Positions 19,867 to 29,108 of a stretch of DNA of 64,000 bases are shown here, piece by piece. This DNA comes from Candidatus Latescibacterota bacterium (GTDB lineage: Bacteria > Latescibacterota > UBA2968 > UBA8231). Position numbers and translations under genes: made by a program. Below the pieces are notes generated by a model. That model was not told the DNA's origin and ran no database searches. It worked only from the letters and a program-made list of their open reading frames with translations. Each line of letters starts with the position of its first letter. Within the stretch, counting starts at the first letter, position 1. The stretch covers positions 1,440,001 to 1,504,000 of the forward strand of contig OZ242005.1 in NCBI GenBank assembly GCA_965204725.1, given 5' to 3'.

Positions 19867-21861
19867 TCACCGGCTTGGCGTCAACTCCGCTTTCCAGAGG
19901 GTGCGGTTGTCTCTGGAAATCCACTGGCCGATATGGATGCGGTCGATGGCGTAGGCGGGGAGATGGGCGATAGCGATGCACTGGTCGCCGAGCCGGAAGC
20001 CGAGGGATTTCCAAAGCGAGTTATAGTGGAAATAGAAGTCGAGATTCTCCGAACCGTACTGTTGGCGGTCGGCTGGCAGGTCGGCGGGGTCGGCTGGGAC
20101 GACGTGCAAAACGAACTTGGCCTGCGGGTCGGCGGGGGCGCACGGCTCTTTGCGGTAGATCAGCTTATGTCCGGTGCGGTACACGGTCCAGCCGGCGCGG
20201 CGTACTTGCTCGCTGGCCTGTTGGATGAGTTGATCTATGTAGCGTTGTTTTCGAGTGCGATGCCTGTCTTCGTCGAAGGGTTCGTACGCTGTGCGGCGGA
20301 GTATGAGGCCATCGGGCAGTTCGGCCACGACTTCCACGCCGGGCAAGAGATGGAAGTCCAAATCGTCGTAGCCGAAAAATCCTTGATGATAGGGCTCATT
20401 AAGGCAAACGATATGCGCCCCGGCCTCGATCTCGGCCCGCCCCATCTTGTGCGTGATTATTCGGTACGTTCTCAACTTTCTTAGGGCGGCAGTCCGATCC
20501 CAAAACCAAGCAATCGCGCCCCTGTTGCTGTAAATCGTGCCCTCGATAGGGTTGTCCCGGATATACTTCAGGGTCTCGGAATGTTGGAAGCGGGCGGCAT
20601 TGTTCAACCCGTATTGGTATCCGGTGACATAAGCTTGGGCGGTACGGCGGAGGTTTGCTCGCGCTGAGAAGCATAAGTGAGCGAGGGCGGCCAGCACGAC
20701 GAGGGACGCCAGCCCGTAGCGGACAGCCCCCATCCAGCCCGCCGCCTCGATGGACAGGAGCCGGTCCAGCAAAAACACCCCGGCCAACAGCAACGGCACG
20801 TATATCGGCAGCAGGAAACGGGGGAGGAGGAGGAGCACATTGAGGATCACGAGCGGCACGATGGTGACCATGAATACGAGGTAGGCTACGGCGAACACCC
20901 CGAAGGGGAGCACCGGCCCCAACCCAAACGATGGCGACTTGCCGCCCATGCCGAAGCCGCGGCCAGCCCAAACGACGACTGCCCCCGCTGCCAAAATGAC
21001 TAGCCCAGCCACCATCCACAGGAGATAACCCAACCCGTCCGGCGCGTTGGGGGGAATCGCCCATCCCCGGAATGTATCCGCCACTCGGCTCAGCGCATCG
21101 AACAGGGACGCCCCCGAGTCTGTTCTCGGCCCGGTCAGGAGCCCGGAGACCGCCCAGTTGTGTGTCAGCACCCCTGCGAGGGGGATGGATGAGACGGCCC
21201 CAAATACGAGGGTGTGCTTTAACCGGGTGGTCAGCGGCGGGGCGCGACGCACCAGCAGCACGAGGACGCCGGTGCCGATCAGCACCACGCCCGCATAGCG
21301 GGTTATTGTGGCTAGCGCGGTGAAAACCGCTGCCCACCACAGGGGCGCGTCCGTCCGCCGATTGAGGAAGGCCGCCAACTGCATCAAGGCGAGGAGCGTA
21401 AACAGGACGAAGAGGGGCTCGGTCTTGATGGTTGACGCGAAATCGCTCAGGGGCCGGGAGGCCGCGATGATCGCGGTGGCGGTCAGTGTCAGCCACCGCG
21501 ACCGGAGATTTGAGCGCAGCCAGCATCCCGCGGCAAGGATGGTCAGCCCGAAGGCGGTGGCGTTGATCCACCGACCCGCTTCCAGCGGCTCGATGCCGAC
21601 CCAACCGCCAGCCACCAGCAACAGGGGGAACAAGGGCGGCCAATGCACCGTCGGACGGTCCGCGAAATCCCGCCAGCCCTCTCCGGCGAGGAAGTTCAGG
21701 GCCGTAGAAAGGAAAAATACGGAATCTCCGATGACCGCGGCACCGTAGGTGGCGGTGCGGACGAGGATGTTCGCGGTGCTCAGCCCGGCGATAAGGACGA
21801 TGAGCAGGATGCAGGGGTCGCGCCCGAACCGGGCGATCTTCTCGAATGCGGAGTGCTTCAT
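19867..21861 (-). CDS. array copy 4
   Basis: 664 aa; loop AVIGDSVFF; closely similar to copy 3. Confidence 0.85.
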   Translation of the reverse strand: MKHSAFEKIARFGRDPCILLIVLIAGLSTANILVRTATYGAAVIGDSVFFLSTALNFLAGEGWRDFADRPTVHWPPLFPLLLVAGGWVGIEPLEAGRWINATAFGLTILAAGCWLRSNLRSRWLTLTATAIIAASRPLSDFASTIKTEPLFVLFTLLALMQLAAFLNRRTDAPLWWAAVFTALATITRYAGVVLIGTGVLVLLVRRAPPLTTRLKHTLVFGAVSSIPLAGVLTHNWAVSGLLTGPRTDSGASLFDALSRVADTFRGWAIPPNAPDGLGYLLWMVAGLVILAAGAVVVWAGRGFGMGGKSPSFGLGPVLPFGVFAVAYLVFMVTIVPLVILNVLLLLPRFLLPIYVPLLLAGVFLLDRLLSIEAAGWMGAVRYGLASLVVLAALAHLCFSARANLRRTAQAYVTGYQYGLNNAARFQHSETLKYIRDNPIEGTIYSNRGAIAWFWDRTAALRKLRTYRIITHKMGRAEIEAGAHIVCLNEPYHQGFFGYDDLDFHLLPGVEVVAELPDGLILRRTAYEPFDEDRHRTRKQRYIDQLIQQASEQVRRAGWTVYRTGHKLIYRKEPCAPADPQAKFVLHVVPADPADLPADRQQYGSENLDFYFHYNSLWKSLGFRLGDQCIAIAHLPAYAIDRIHIGQWISRDNRTLWKAELTPSR

Positions 21862-21885
21862 TTCAAATCATGTAGGATTGCTATA

Positions 21886-24210
21886 TCACCGGCTCGGCGT
21901 CAACTCCGCTTCCCAGAGGGTGCGGTTGTCTGCGGCAATCCACTGGCCGATATAGATGCGGTCGATAGTGTAGGTGGGGAGCGGGATGATTGCCATACAC
22001 TGGTCGTCGATTCGCTCGCCGTACCGGTCGAAATAGAAGTCGCGATTATCGGAATCGTACTGTTGGCGGTCGGCTGGCAGGTCGGCCGGGTCGGTGGGGA
22101 CGACGTGGAAAACGAACTTCGCTTGCGTGTCGGCGGGGGCACACGACTCTTTGTGGTAAATCAGCGTGCGTCCGGTGCGGTACACGTTCCAACCGGCGCG
22201 GACGACCGGATCGTCGGCTTGTTCGATGAGGTGCTCTACGTAGCGTTGCCGCTGGGCGCGATGCCTTTTCACTTCGTCGGGGTCGGCCGGAAACTCCGCT
22301 TTCCAGAGGGTGCGTTCCTCTGCGGGAATCCACTGGCCGACATGAATGCGGCGGATGGCGTAGGTGGGGAGCGGGAGGATCGCCACACACTGGTTGCCGA
22401 GCCAAGAGCCGCGCCAGTCAAAATGGAAGTCGCGATTCTCCGAGCCGTACGGTTGGCGACGGACTGGCAGGTCGGTCGGGTCGATGGGGACGACGTGCAA
22501 GACGAATGTCGCCTGTATGTCGGCGGGGGCACAGGGCTCTTTGAAGTAGATCAGCTTGCGTCCATTGCGGTACACGCCCCAGCCGGCGCGGCCGACCTGA
22601 TCGTCGGCCTGTTGGATGAGTTGCTTTACATAGCGTTCTTGCTGGGCGCGATGCCTTTTCGCATCGGAGGGTGCGGCGGCCGTGCGGCGGAGTACAACGC
22701 CGTCGGCTAGTTCGGCCACGACTTCCATGCCGGGCAGGACGCGGAGGTCCGTGTCGTCGTAGCCGTGCAGGTCGCGTCTATGGTCATAGGACCAAACGAT
22801 ATGCGCCCCGGCCTCGATCTCGGTCCACCACCTCGTGCGCGGGATATGGCGGTGCTTTCCTGGGGCGGCGGTCCAATCCCAAAACCAAGTAAGATGTCTG
22901 CTGTAGTTGGTGTAAATCCTGCCCTCGATCTGATTGTCCCGGAGGTAGTTCAGGGTCTCAAACTGTTCCCAATAGGAGGTGTTGTAAGCGGCGGCATGGC
23001 AGTATCCGGCTATATACGCTCGGGCGGTAAGACGGAGGTTTTTTTGCGCTGAGAATCCGACGTGGACAAGGGTGGCGAGCACGACGAGGGCCGCCAGCCC
23101 GTAGCGGACAGCCATCCTCCAGCCCGCCGCCTTGCTGGACAGGAACCGATCGAGCAGCAACGCGGCCGTCAACAGCAACGGCACGTATATCGGCAGCAGG
23201 TAGCGGCTGTCGATTTGCTTCCCAGCCGTGGAGGGCACGACGGCGACCATGAATGCGATGTAGATCCCGGTGAATGCCCCGAATAGGAGAGCTGGCCCCA
23301 ACCCAAACGATGGCGACTTCCCGTCCGTGCCTACGCCGCGACCAGCCCGAACGACGACCGCCCCGGCTGCCCAAACGACCAGCCCGACCACCAGCCACAG
23401 CAGATAACCAAACCCGTCTGGCGTACTCGGGGGGACGACCCACGCACGGAACACCTCGACGACCTGGTGCAGCCCATCGGAGAAGGACTGCCCCGAATGC
23501 TCTGCTCGGTCCCCTGTTGCCAAGTCTAGGTTCCCGGTGGCCGCCCAATTTCGCGCCAATACCGCCAGCAAGGGCACAGACGAGATCGCGCCAAAGCCGA
23601 GCGTGTGCTTCAGCCGAGCGAGGGGCGCTAGGAACAGGACGCCGGTGCCTATTAGCACCACGCCCGGATAGCGGGTCAGCGCGGCCAAAGCGGTGCAAAC
23701 CGCACTTAGCAGCAGGGGGGCGGTCGTCTTGCGGTTGGGGAAGGCCGCCAACTGCATCAAGGCGAGGAGCGCGAACAGGACGAACAGGGGCTCGGTTATG
23801 CATAGGGCCGCCTCATGGCTCAAGGGCAAGGAAGCTGCGATGATTGCGGTGGTGGCCAGCCCCAGCCACTGTGACCGGAGATTGGAGCGCAACCAGCACC
23901 CGGCGACGAGGATGGTCAGCCCGAAGGCCGCGGCGTTGACCCACCGCCCGGCCGCCAGCAGATCGATGCCGACCCAACCGAAGGCGGCCAGCAACAGGGG
24001 GAACAAGGGCGGCCATAAGGTCAGCGGTTCGCCCTCGAAATCCCGCCAGCCCTCTCCGGCGAGGAAGTTCAGGGCCGTAGAAAGGAAAAATACGGAGTCT
24101 CCGGTGACCCCGGTGCCGTAGGTGGCGGTGCGGGCGAGGATGTGGGCGGTGCCCAGCCCGGCGATAAGAACGACGAGAAGCAGCGCGATGTGATCATGCT
24201 TGCAAGTCAT
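21886..24210 (-). CDS. array copy 5, two C-terminal domains
   Basis: 774 aa; loop GVTGDSVFF. Confidence 0.85.
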   Translation of the reverse strand: MTCKHDHIALLLVVLIAGLGTAHILARTATYGTGVTGDSVFFLSTALNFLAGEGWRDFEGEPLTLWPPLFPLLLAAFGWVGIDLLAAGRWVNAAAFGLTILVAGCWLRSNLRSQWLGLATTAIIAASLPLSHEAALCITEPLFVLFALLALMQLAAFPNRKTTAPLLLSAVCTALAALTRYPGVVLIGTGVLFLAPLARLKHTLGFGAISSVPLLAVLARNWAATGNLDLATGDRAEHSGQSFSDGLHQVVEVFRAWVVPPSTPDGFGYLLWLVVGLVVWAAGAVVVRAGRGVGTDGKSPSFGLGPALLFGAFTGIYIAFMVAVVPSTAGKQIDSRYLLPIYVPLLLTAALLLDRFLSSKAAGWRMAVRYGLAALVVLATLVHVGFSAQKNLRLTARAYIAGYCHAAAYNTSYWEQFETLNYLRDNQIEGRIYTNYSRHLTWFWDWTAAPGKHRHIPRTRWWTEIEAGAHIVWSYDHRRDLHGYDDTDLRVLPGMEVVAELADGVVLRRTAAAPSDAKRHRAQQERYVKQLIQQADDQVGRAGWGVYRNGRKLIYFKEPCAPADIQATFVLHVVPIDPTDLPVRRQPYGSENRDFHFDWRGSWLGNQCVAILPLPTYAIRRIHVGQWIPAEERTLWKAEFPADPDEVKRHRAQRQRYVEHLIEQADDPVVRAGWNVYRTGRTLIYHKESCAPADTQAKFVFHVVPTDPADLPADRQQYDSDNRDFYFDRYGERIDDQCMAIIPLPTYTIDRIYIGQWIAADNRTLWEAELTPSR

Positions 24211-24224
24211 GTAGGATCGCTATA

Positions 24225-26636
24225 TCACCGGCTCGGCGTCAACACTGCTTCCCAGAGGGTGCGGTCCTCTGCGGGAATCCACTGGCCGATATAGATGCGG
24301 TTGATGGTATAGGCGGGGAGTGGGATGATTGCCATACACTGGTCGTCGATTCGCTCGCCGTACCGGTCGAAATAGAAGTCGCGATTTTCCGAGCCGTACG
24401 GTTGGCGGTCGGCTGGCAGGTCGGCCGGGTCGGCCGGGACGACGTGGAAAACGAACTTCGCCTGCACGTCGGCGGGGGCACACGGCTCTTTGTGGTAAAT
24501 CAGCGTGCGTCCCGTGCGGTACACGTTCCAGCCGGCGCGGCCGACCGGATCGTCGGCCTGTTGGATGAGTTGCTCTACGTAGCGTTGCTGCTGGGCGCGA
24601 TGCCTTTTTACTTCGGCGGGGTTGGCCGGCAACTCCGCTTTCCAGAGGGTGCGTTCCTCTGCGGGAATCCACTGGCCGACATGAATGCGGCGGATGGCAT
24701 AGGTGGGGAGCGGGAGGATCGCCACACACTGGTTGCCGAGCCAAGAGCCGCGCCAGTCGAAATGGAAGTCGCGATTCTCCGAGCCGTACGGTTGGCGACG
24801 GACTGGCAGGTCGGTCGGGTCGATGGGGACGATGTGCAAGACGAATGTCGCCTGTATATCCGCAGGGGCACAGGGCTCTTTGAAGTAGATCAGCTTGCGT
24901 CCATTGCGGTACACGCCCCAGCCGGCGCGGCCGACCTGATCGTCGGCCTGTTGGATGAGTTGCTTTACATAGCGTTCTCGCTGGGCGCGATGCCTTTTCG
25001 GATCGGAGGGTGCGGCGGTCGTGCGGCGGAGTACGACGCCGTCGGCCAGTTCGGCCACGACTTCCACGCCGGGCAGGACGCGGAGGTCCGTGTCGTCGTA
25101 GCCGTGCAGGTCGCGTCTATGGTCATAGGACCAAACGATATGCGCCCCGGCCTCGATCTCGGTCCACCGCATCTTGCTGCGCGGGATATTGCGGTGCTTT
25201 CCTGGGACGGCGGTCCAATCCCAAAACCAAGTAAGAAATTTGTTGTGGTTGGTGTAAATCCTGCCCTCGATCTGATTGTCCCGGAGGTAGTTCAGGGTCT
25301 CGAACTGTTCCCAATAGGCAGCGTTGTAATTGTAGGCAGGGTAGTATCCGGCTACATACGCTTGGGGGGCAAGACGGAGGCTTTTTTGCGCTGAGAATCC
25401 GACGTGGACAAGGGTGGCGAGCACGACGAGGGCCGCCAACCCGTAGCGGACGGCCATCCTCCGGCCCGAATCCTTGCTGGACAGGAACCGGTCGAGCAGC
25501 AACGCGGCCGTCAACAGCAACGGCACGTATATCGGCAGCAGGTAGCGGCTGTCGATTTCCTGCTCAACCGTCAAGGGCACGATGAGGACTAGGAATGCGA
25601 TGTAGGTCACGGTGAACGCCCCGAATGGGAGTGCCGGCTCCAAGCGGAAATAGGTCGGCGCGGCTTTTTGGTCCGGCCGGAGGGCGCGCAGGATGACCGC
25701 GGTGCTGGCGAGGACGACCGCGGCGACCGCCAGCCATATCAGATACGCAAACCCATCCGGCGCATTCGGGGGGACGGGCCACCCGTGGAACACATTGACG
25801 ATCTGGCGTAACCCGTCGGCTAGGGACTGCCCCGAAGGGCTTAGGACCCCTGTTCTGTCCCCTGTTGCCCGGGTCAGGTCCCCGGTGATCGCCCAATTAT
25901 GCGCCAATACCGCCAGCAAGGGCACGGACGAGATCGCGCCAAAGACGAGGGTCTGCCTTAGCCGGGCGGCGGGCAGCAGGATAAGGACCCCAGTGCCAAT
26001 CAGGGCCACGCCCGGATAGCGAGTTATCGCGGCCAGCGCGGTGAAAACCGCCGCCCACCACAGGGGCGGGCCATCTTTTCGGTTGAGGAAGGACGCCAAC
26101 TGGATCAAGGCGAGGAGCGCGAACAGGAAGAACAGGGGCTCGGTTACGCATAGGGCCGCCTCATGGCTCAAGGGCAAGGAAGCCGCGATGATTGCGGTGG
26201 TGGCTAGCACCAGCCACTGTGACCGGAGATTGGAGCGCAGCCAGCAGCCGGCGGCGAGGATGGTCAGCCCGAAGGCCGCGGCGTTGACCCACCGCCCTAC
26301 CTCCAGCAGATCGATGCCGACCCAACCGCCGGCCACCAGCAATAGGGGGAACAAGGGCGGCCATAACGTCAGCGGTTGGCCGGTGAGATCCCGCCAGCCC
26401 TCTCCGGCGAGGAAGTTCAGGGCCGTAGAAAGCGAAGCGATGGAGTCCATGTGGACCGAGGGGCCGTAAGTGGCGGTGCGGACGAGGATGTTCGCGGTGC
26501 CCAGCCCGGCGATAAGGACGATGAGCAGGGTGGTGCGGTCGCGCCAGAACCGGGCGATCCACTCGATGGCGGAGTACTTCACCGTGGACAGGGTAATTCC
26601 CCTCCCTTCCGTAAATTTAGTAAGAAAAACAACCAT
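24225..26636 (-). CDS. array copy 6, two C-terminal domains
   Basis: 803 aa; loop SVHMDSIAS. Confidence 0.85.
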   Translation of the reverse strand: MVVFLTKFTEGRGITLSTVKYSAIEWIARFWRDRTTLLIVLIAGLGTANILVRTATYGPSVHMDSIASLSTALNFLAGEGWRDLTGQPLTLWPPLFPLLLVAGGWVGIDLLEVGRWVNAAAFGLTILAAGCWLRSNLRSQWLVLATTAIIAASLPLSHEAALCVTEPLFFLFALLALIQLASFLNRKDGPPLWWAAVFTALAAITRYPGVALIGTGVLILLPAARLRQTLVFGAISSVPLLAVLAHNWAITGDLTRATGDRTGVLSPSGQSLADGLRQIVNVFHGWPVPPNAPDGFAYLIWLAVAAVVLASTAVILRALRPDQKAAPTYFRLEPALPFGAFTVTYIAFLVLIVPLTVEQEIDSRYLLPIYVPLLLTAALLLDRFLSSKDSGRRMAVRYGLAALVVLATLVHVGFSAQKSLRLAPQAYVAGYYPAYNYNAAYWEQFETLNYLRDNQIEGRIYTNHNKFLTWFWDWTAVPGKHRNIPRSKMRWTEIEAGAHIVWSYDHRRDLHGYDDTDLRVLPGVEVVAELADGVVLRRTTAAPSDPKRHRAQRERYVKQLIQQADDQVGRAGWGVYRNGRKLIYFKEPCAPADIQATFVLHIVPIDPTDLPVRRQPYGSENRDFHFDWRGSWLGNQCVAILPLPTYAIRRIHVGQWIPAEERTLWKAELPANPAEVKRHRAQQQRYVEQLIQQADDPVGRAGWNVYRTGRTLIYHKEPCAPADVQAKFVFHVVPADPADLPADRQPYGSENRDFYFDRYGERIDDQCMAIIPLPAYTINRIYIGQWIPAEDRTLWEAVLTPSR

Positions 26637-26753
26637 TTACGTCATTATCCTTTTTCGCGTTCCAAGGCGATCCTACTCGTCGTCTAACAGGTTGGGGCCA
26701 TCAGAATTTATTACGGGCGTATCCCAGTGTCATTCCCGCGAAAGATGGCTATA

Positions 26754-29084
26754 TCACCGGCTCGGCGTCAACACTGCTTCCCAGAGGGTACGGTCCTCTG
26801 CGGCAATCCACTGGCCGATATAGATGCGGTTGATGGCATAGTCGGGGAGCGGGGCGATAGCGATACACTGGTCGTCGATTCGCTCGCCCCATCGGTCGAA
26901 ATAGAAGCCGCGATTATCCGAATCGTACTGTTGGCGGTCGGCTGGCAGGTCGGCCGGGTCGGCCGGGACGACGTGTAGAACGAACTTCGCCTGTATGTCG
27001 GCGGGGGCACACGACGCTTTGCGGTAAATCAGCGTGCGTCCCGTGCGGTACACGTTCCAACCGGCGCGGACGACCGGATCGTCGGCCTGTTGGATGAGTT
27101 GCTCTACGTAGCGTTGCTGCTGGGCGCGATGCCTTTTCACTTCGGCGGGGTTGGCCGGTAACTCCGCTTCCCAGAGGGTGCGTTCCTCTGCGGGAATCCA
27201 CTGGCCGACATGGATGCGGCGGATGGCATAGGTGGGGAGCGGGAGGATCGCCACACACTGGTTGCCGAGCCAAGAGCCGCGCCAGTCAAAATGGAAGTCG
27301 AGATTCTCCGAACCGTACGGTTGGCGACGGACTGGCAGGTCGGTCGGGTCGGTGGGGACGACGTGCAAGACGAATGTCGCTTGTATGTCGGCGGGGGCAC
27401 AGGGCTCTTTGAAGTAGATCAGCTTGCGTCCATTGCGGTACACGCCCCAGCCGGCGCGGCTGACCTGATCGTCGGCCTGTTGGATGAGTTGCTTTACATA
27501 GCGTTCTTGCTGGGCGCGATGCCTTTTCGCATCGGAGGGTGCGGCGGTCGTGCGGCGGAGTACGACGCCGTCGGCCAGTTCGGCCACGACTTCCACGCCG
27601 GGCAGGACGCGGAGGTCCGTGTCGTCGTAGCCGTGCAGGTCGCGTCTATGGTCATAGGACCAAACGATATGCGCCCCGGCCTCGATCTCGGTCCACCGCA
27701 TCTTGCTGCGCGGGATATTGCGGTGCTTTCCTGGGGCGGCGGTCCAATCCCAAAACCAAGTAAGATATGTGTTGTGGTTGGTGTAAATCCTGCCCTCGAT
27801 CTGATTGTCCCGAAGGTAGTTCAGGGTCTCAAACTGTCCCCAATAAGAGGTGTTGTAAGCGGCGGCATGGTGGTATCCGGCTACATAAGCTCGGGCGGTA
27901 AGACGGAGGTTTTTTTGCGCTGAGAATCCGATGTGGACAAGGGTGGCGAGCACGACGAGGGCCGCCAACCCGTAGCGGACGGCCAGCCTCCAGCCCGCCG
28001 CCTTGCTGGACAGGAACCGATCGAGCAGCAACGCGGCCGTCAACAGCACCGGCACGTATATCGGCAGCAGGTAGCGGCTGTGGATTTGCTCAGTAACCGT
28101 GGAGGGCACGACGACTAGTAGAAATGCGAGGTAGATCCCGGTGAATGCCCCGAATAGGAGAGCCGACTTCCCGTCCGTGCCTAGGCCGCGACCCGCCCGA
28201 ACGACGACCGCCCCGGCTGCCCAAACGACCAGCCCGGCCACCGGCCACAGCAGATAACCAAACCCGTCTGGCGTACTCGGGGGGACGATCCACGCACGGA
28301 ACACCTCGACGATCTGGTGCAGCCCATCGGAGAAGGACCGCCCCCAATGGTCTGTTCGGTCCCCTGTTGCCAAGTCTAGGTTCCCGGTGGTCGCCCAGTT
28401 GTACGCCAACACCGCCAGCAAGGGCACAGACGAGATCGCGCCAAAGCCGAGCGTGTGCTTCAGCCGAGCGAGGGGCGCTAGGAACAGGACGCCGGTGCCT
28501 ATTAGCACCACGCCCGGATAGCGGGTCAGCGCGGCCAAAGCGGTGAAAACCGCCGCCCACCACAGGGGTGCGTCCGTCTCGCGGTTGAGGAAGGAAGCCA
28601 ACTGCATCAAGGCGAGGAGCGTGAACAGGAAGAACAGGGGATCGGTCTTGAGTTGGGCCGCCTCATGGCTCAAGGGCAAGGAAGCCGCGATGATTGCGGT
28701 GGCGGCCAGCCCCAGCCACCGCGACCGGAGATTGGAGCGCAGCCAGCACCCGGCGGCGAGGATGGTCAGCCCAAAGGCCGCGGCTTGGATCCACCGCCCT
28801 GCCTCCAGCAGCTCGATGCCGACCCAACCGCCGGCCGCCAGCAATAAGGGGAACAGGGGCGGCCAGCTTGTCGGCGGTCCGCCCGTGAAATCCCGCCAGC
28901 CCTCTCCGGCGAGGAAATTCAGGGCTGTAGAAAGGAAAACGACGGAGTTTTGGTGGACCGAGGGGCCGTAAGTGGCGGTGCGGACGAGGATGTGGGCGGT
29001 GCCCAGCCCGGCGATAAGGGCGATGAGCAGGGTGCAGGGGTCGCGCCCGAACCGGGCGATCTTCTCAAATGCGGAGTGCTTCAT
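26754..29084 (-). CDS. array copy 7, two C-terminal domains, loop Asp replaced by Asn
   Basis: 776 aa; loop SVHQNSVVF. Confidence 0.85.
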   Translation of the reverse strand: MKHSAFEKIARFGRDPCTLLIALIAGLGTAHILVRTATYGPSVHQNSVVFLSTALNFLAGEGWRDFTGGPPTSWPPLFPLLLAAGGWVGIELLEAGRWIQAAAFGLTILAAGCWLRSNLRSRWLGLAATAIIAASLPLSHEAAQLKTDPLFFLFTLLALMQLASFLNRETDAPLWWAAVFTALAALTRYPGVVLIGTGVLFLAPLARLKHTLGFGAISSVPLLAVLAYNWATTGNLDLATGDRTDHWGRSFSDGLHQIVEVFRAWIVPPSTPDGFGYLLWPVAGLVVWAAGAVVVRAGRGLGTDGKSALLFGAFTGIYLAFLLVVVPSTVTEQIHSRYLLPIYVPVLLTAALLLDRFLSSKAAGWRLAVRYGLAALVVLATLVHIGFSAQKNLRLTARAYVAGYHHAAAYNTSYWGQFETLNYLRDNQIEGRIYTNHNTYLTWFWDWTAAPGKHRNIPRSKMRWTEIEAGAHIVWSYDHRRDLHGYDDTDLRVLPGVEVVAELADGVVLRRTTAAPSDAKRHRAQQERYVKQLIQQADDQVSRAGWGVYRNGRKLIYFKEPCAPADIQATFVLHVVPTDPTDLPVRRQPYGSENLDFHFDWRGSWLGNQCVAILPLPTYAIRRIHVGQWIPAEERTLWEAELPANPAEVKRHRAQQQRYVEQLIQQADDPVVRAGWNVYRTGRTLIYRKASCAPADIQAKFVLHVVPADPADLPADRQQYDSDNRGFYFDRWGERIDDQCIAIAPLPDYAINRIYIGQWIAAEDRTLWEAVLTPSR

Positions 29085-29108
29085 TTCAACTCATGTAGGA
29101 TCGCTATA

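Noticed and set aside
26728-26744. GTCATTCCCGCGAAAG as a complete dRS3/REP-like repeat
   Set aside because: Only the left half is present with no closing GGGAAT arm; at most a remnant.
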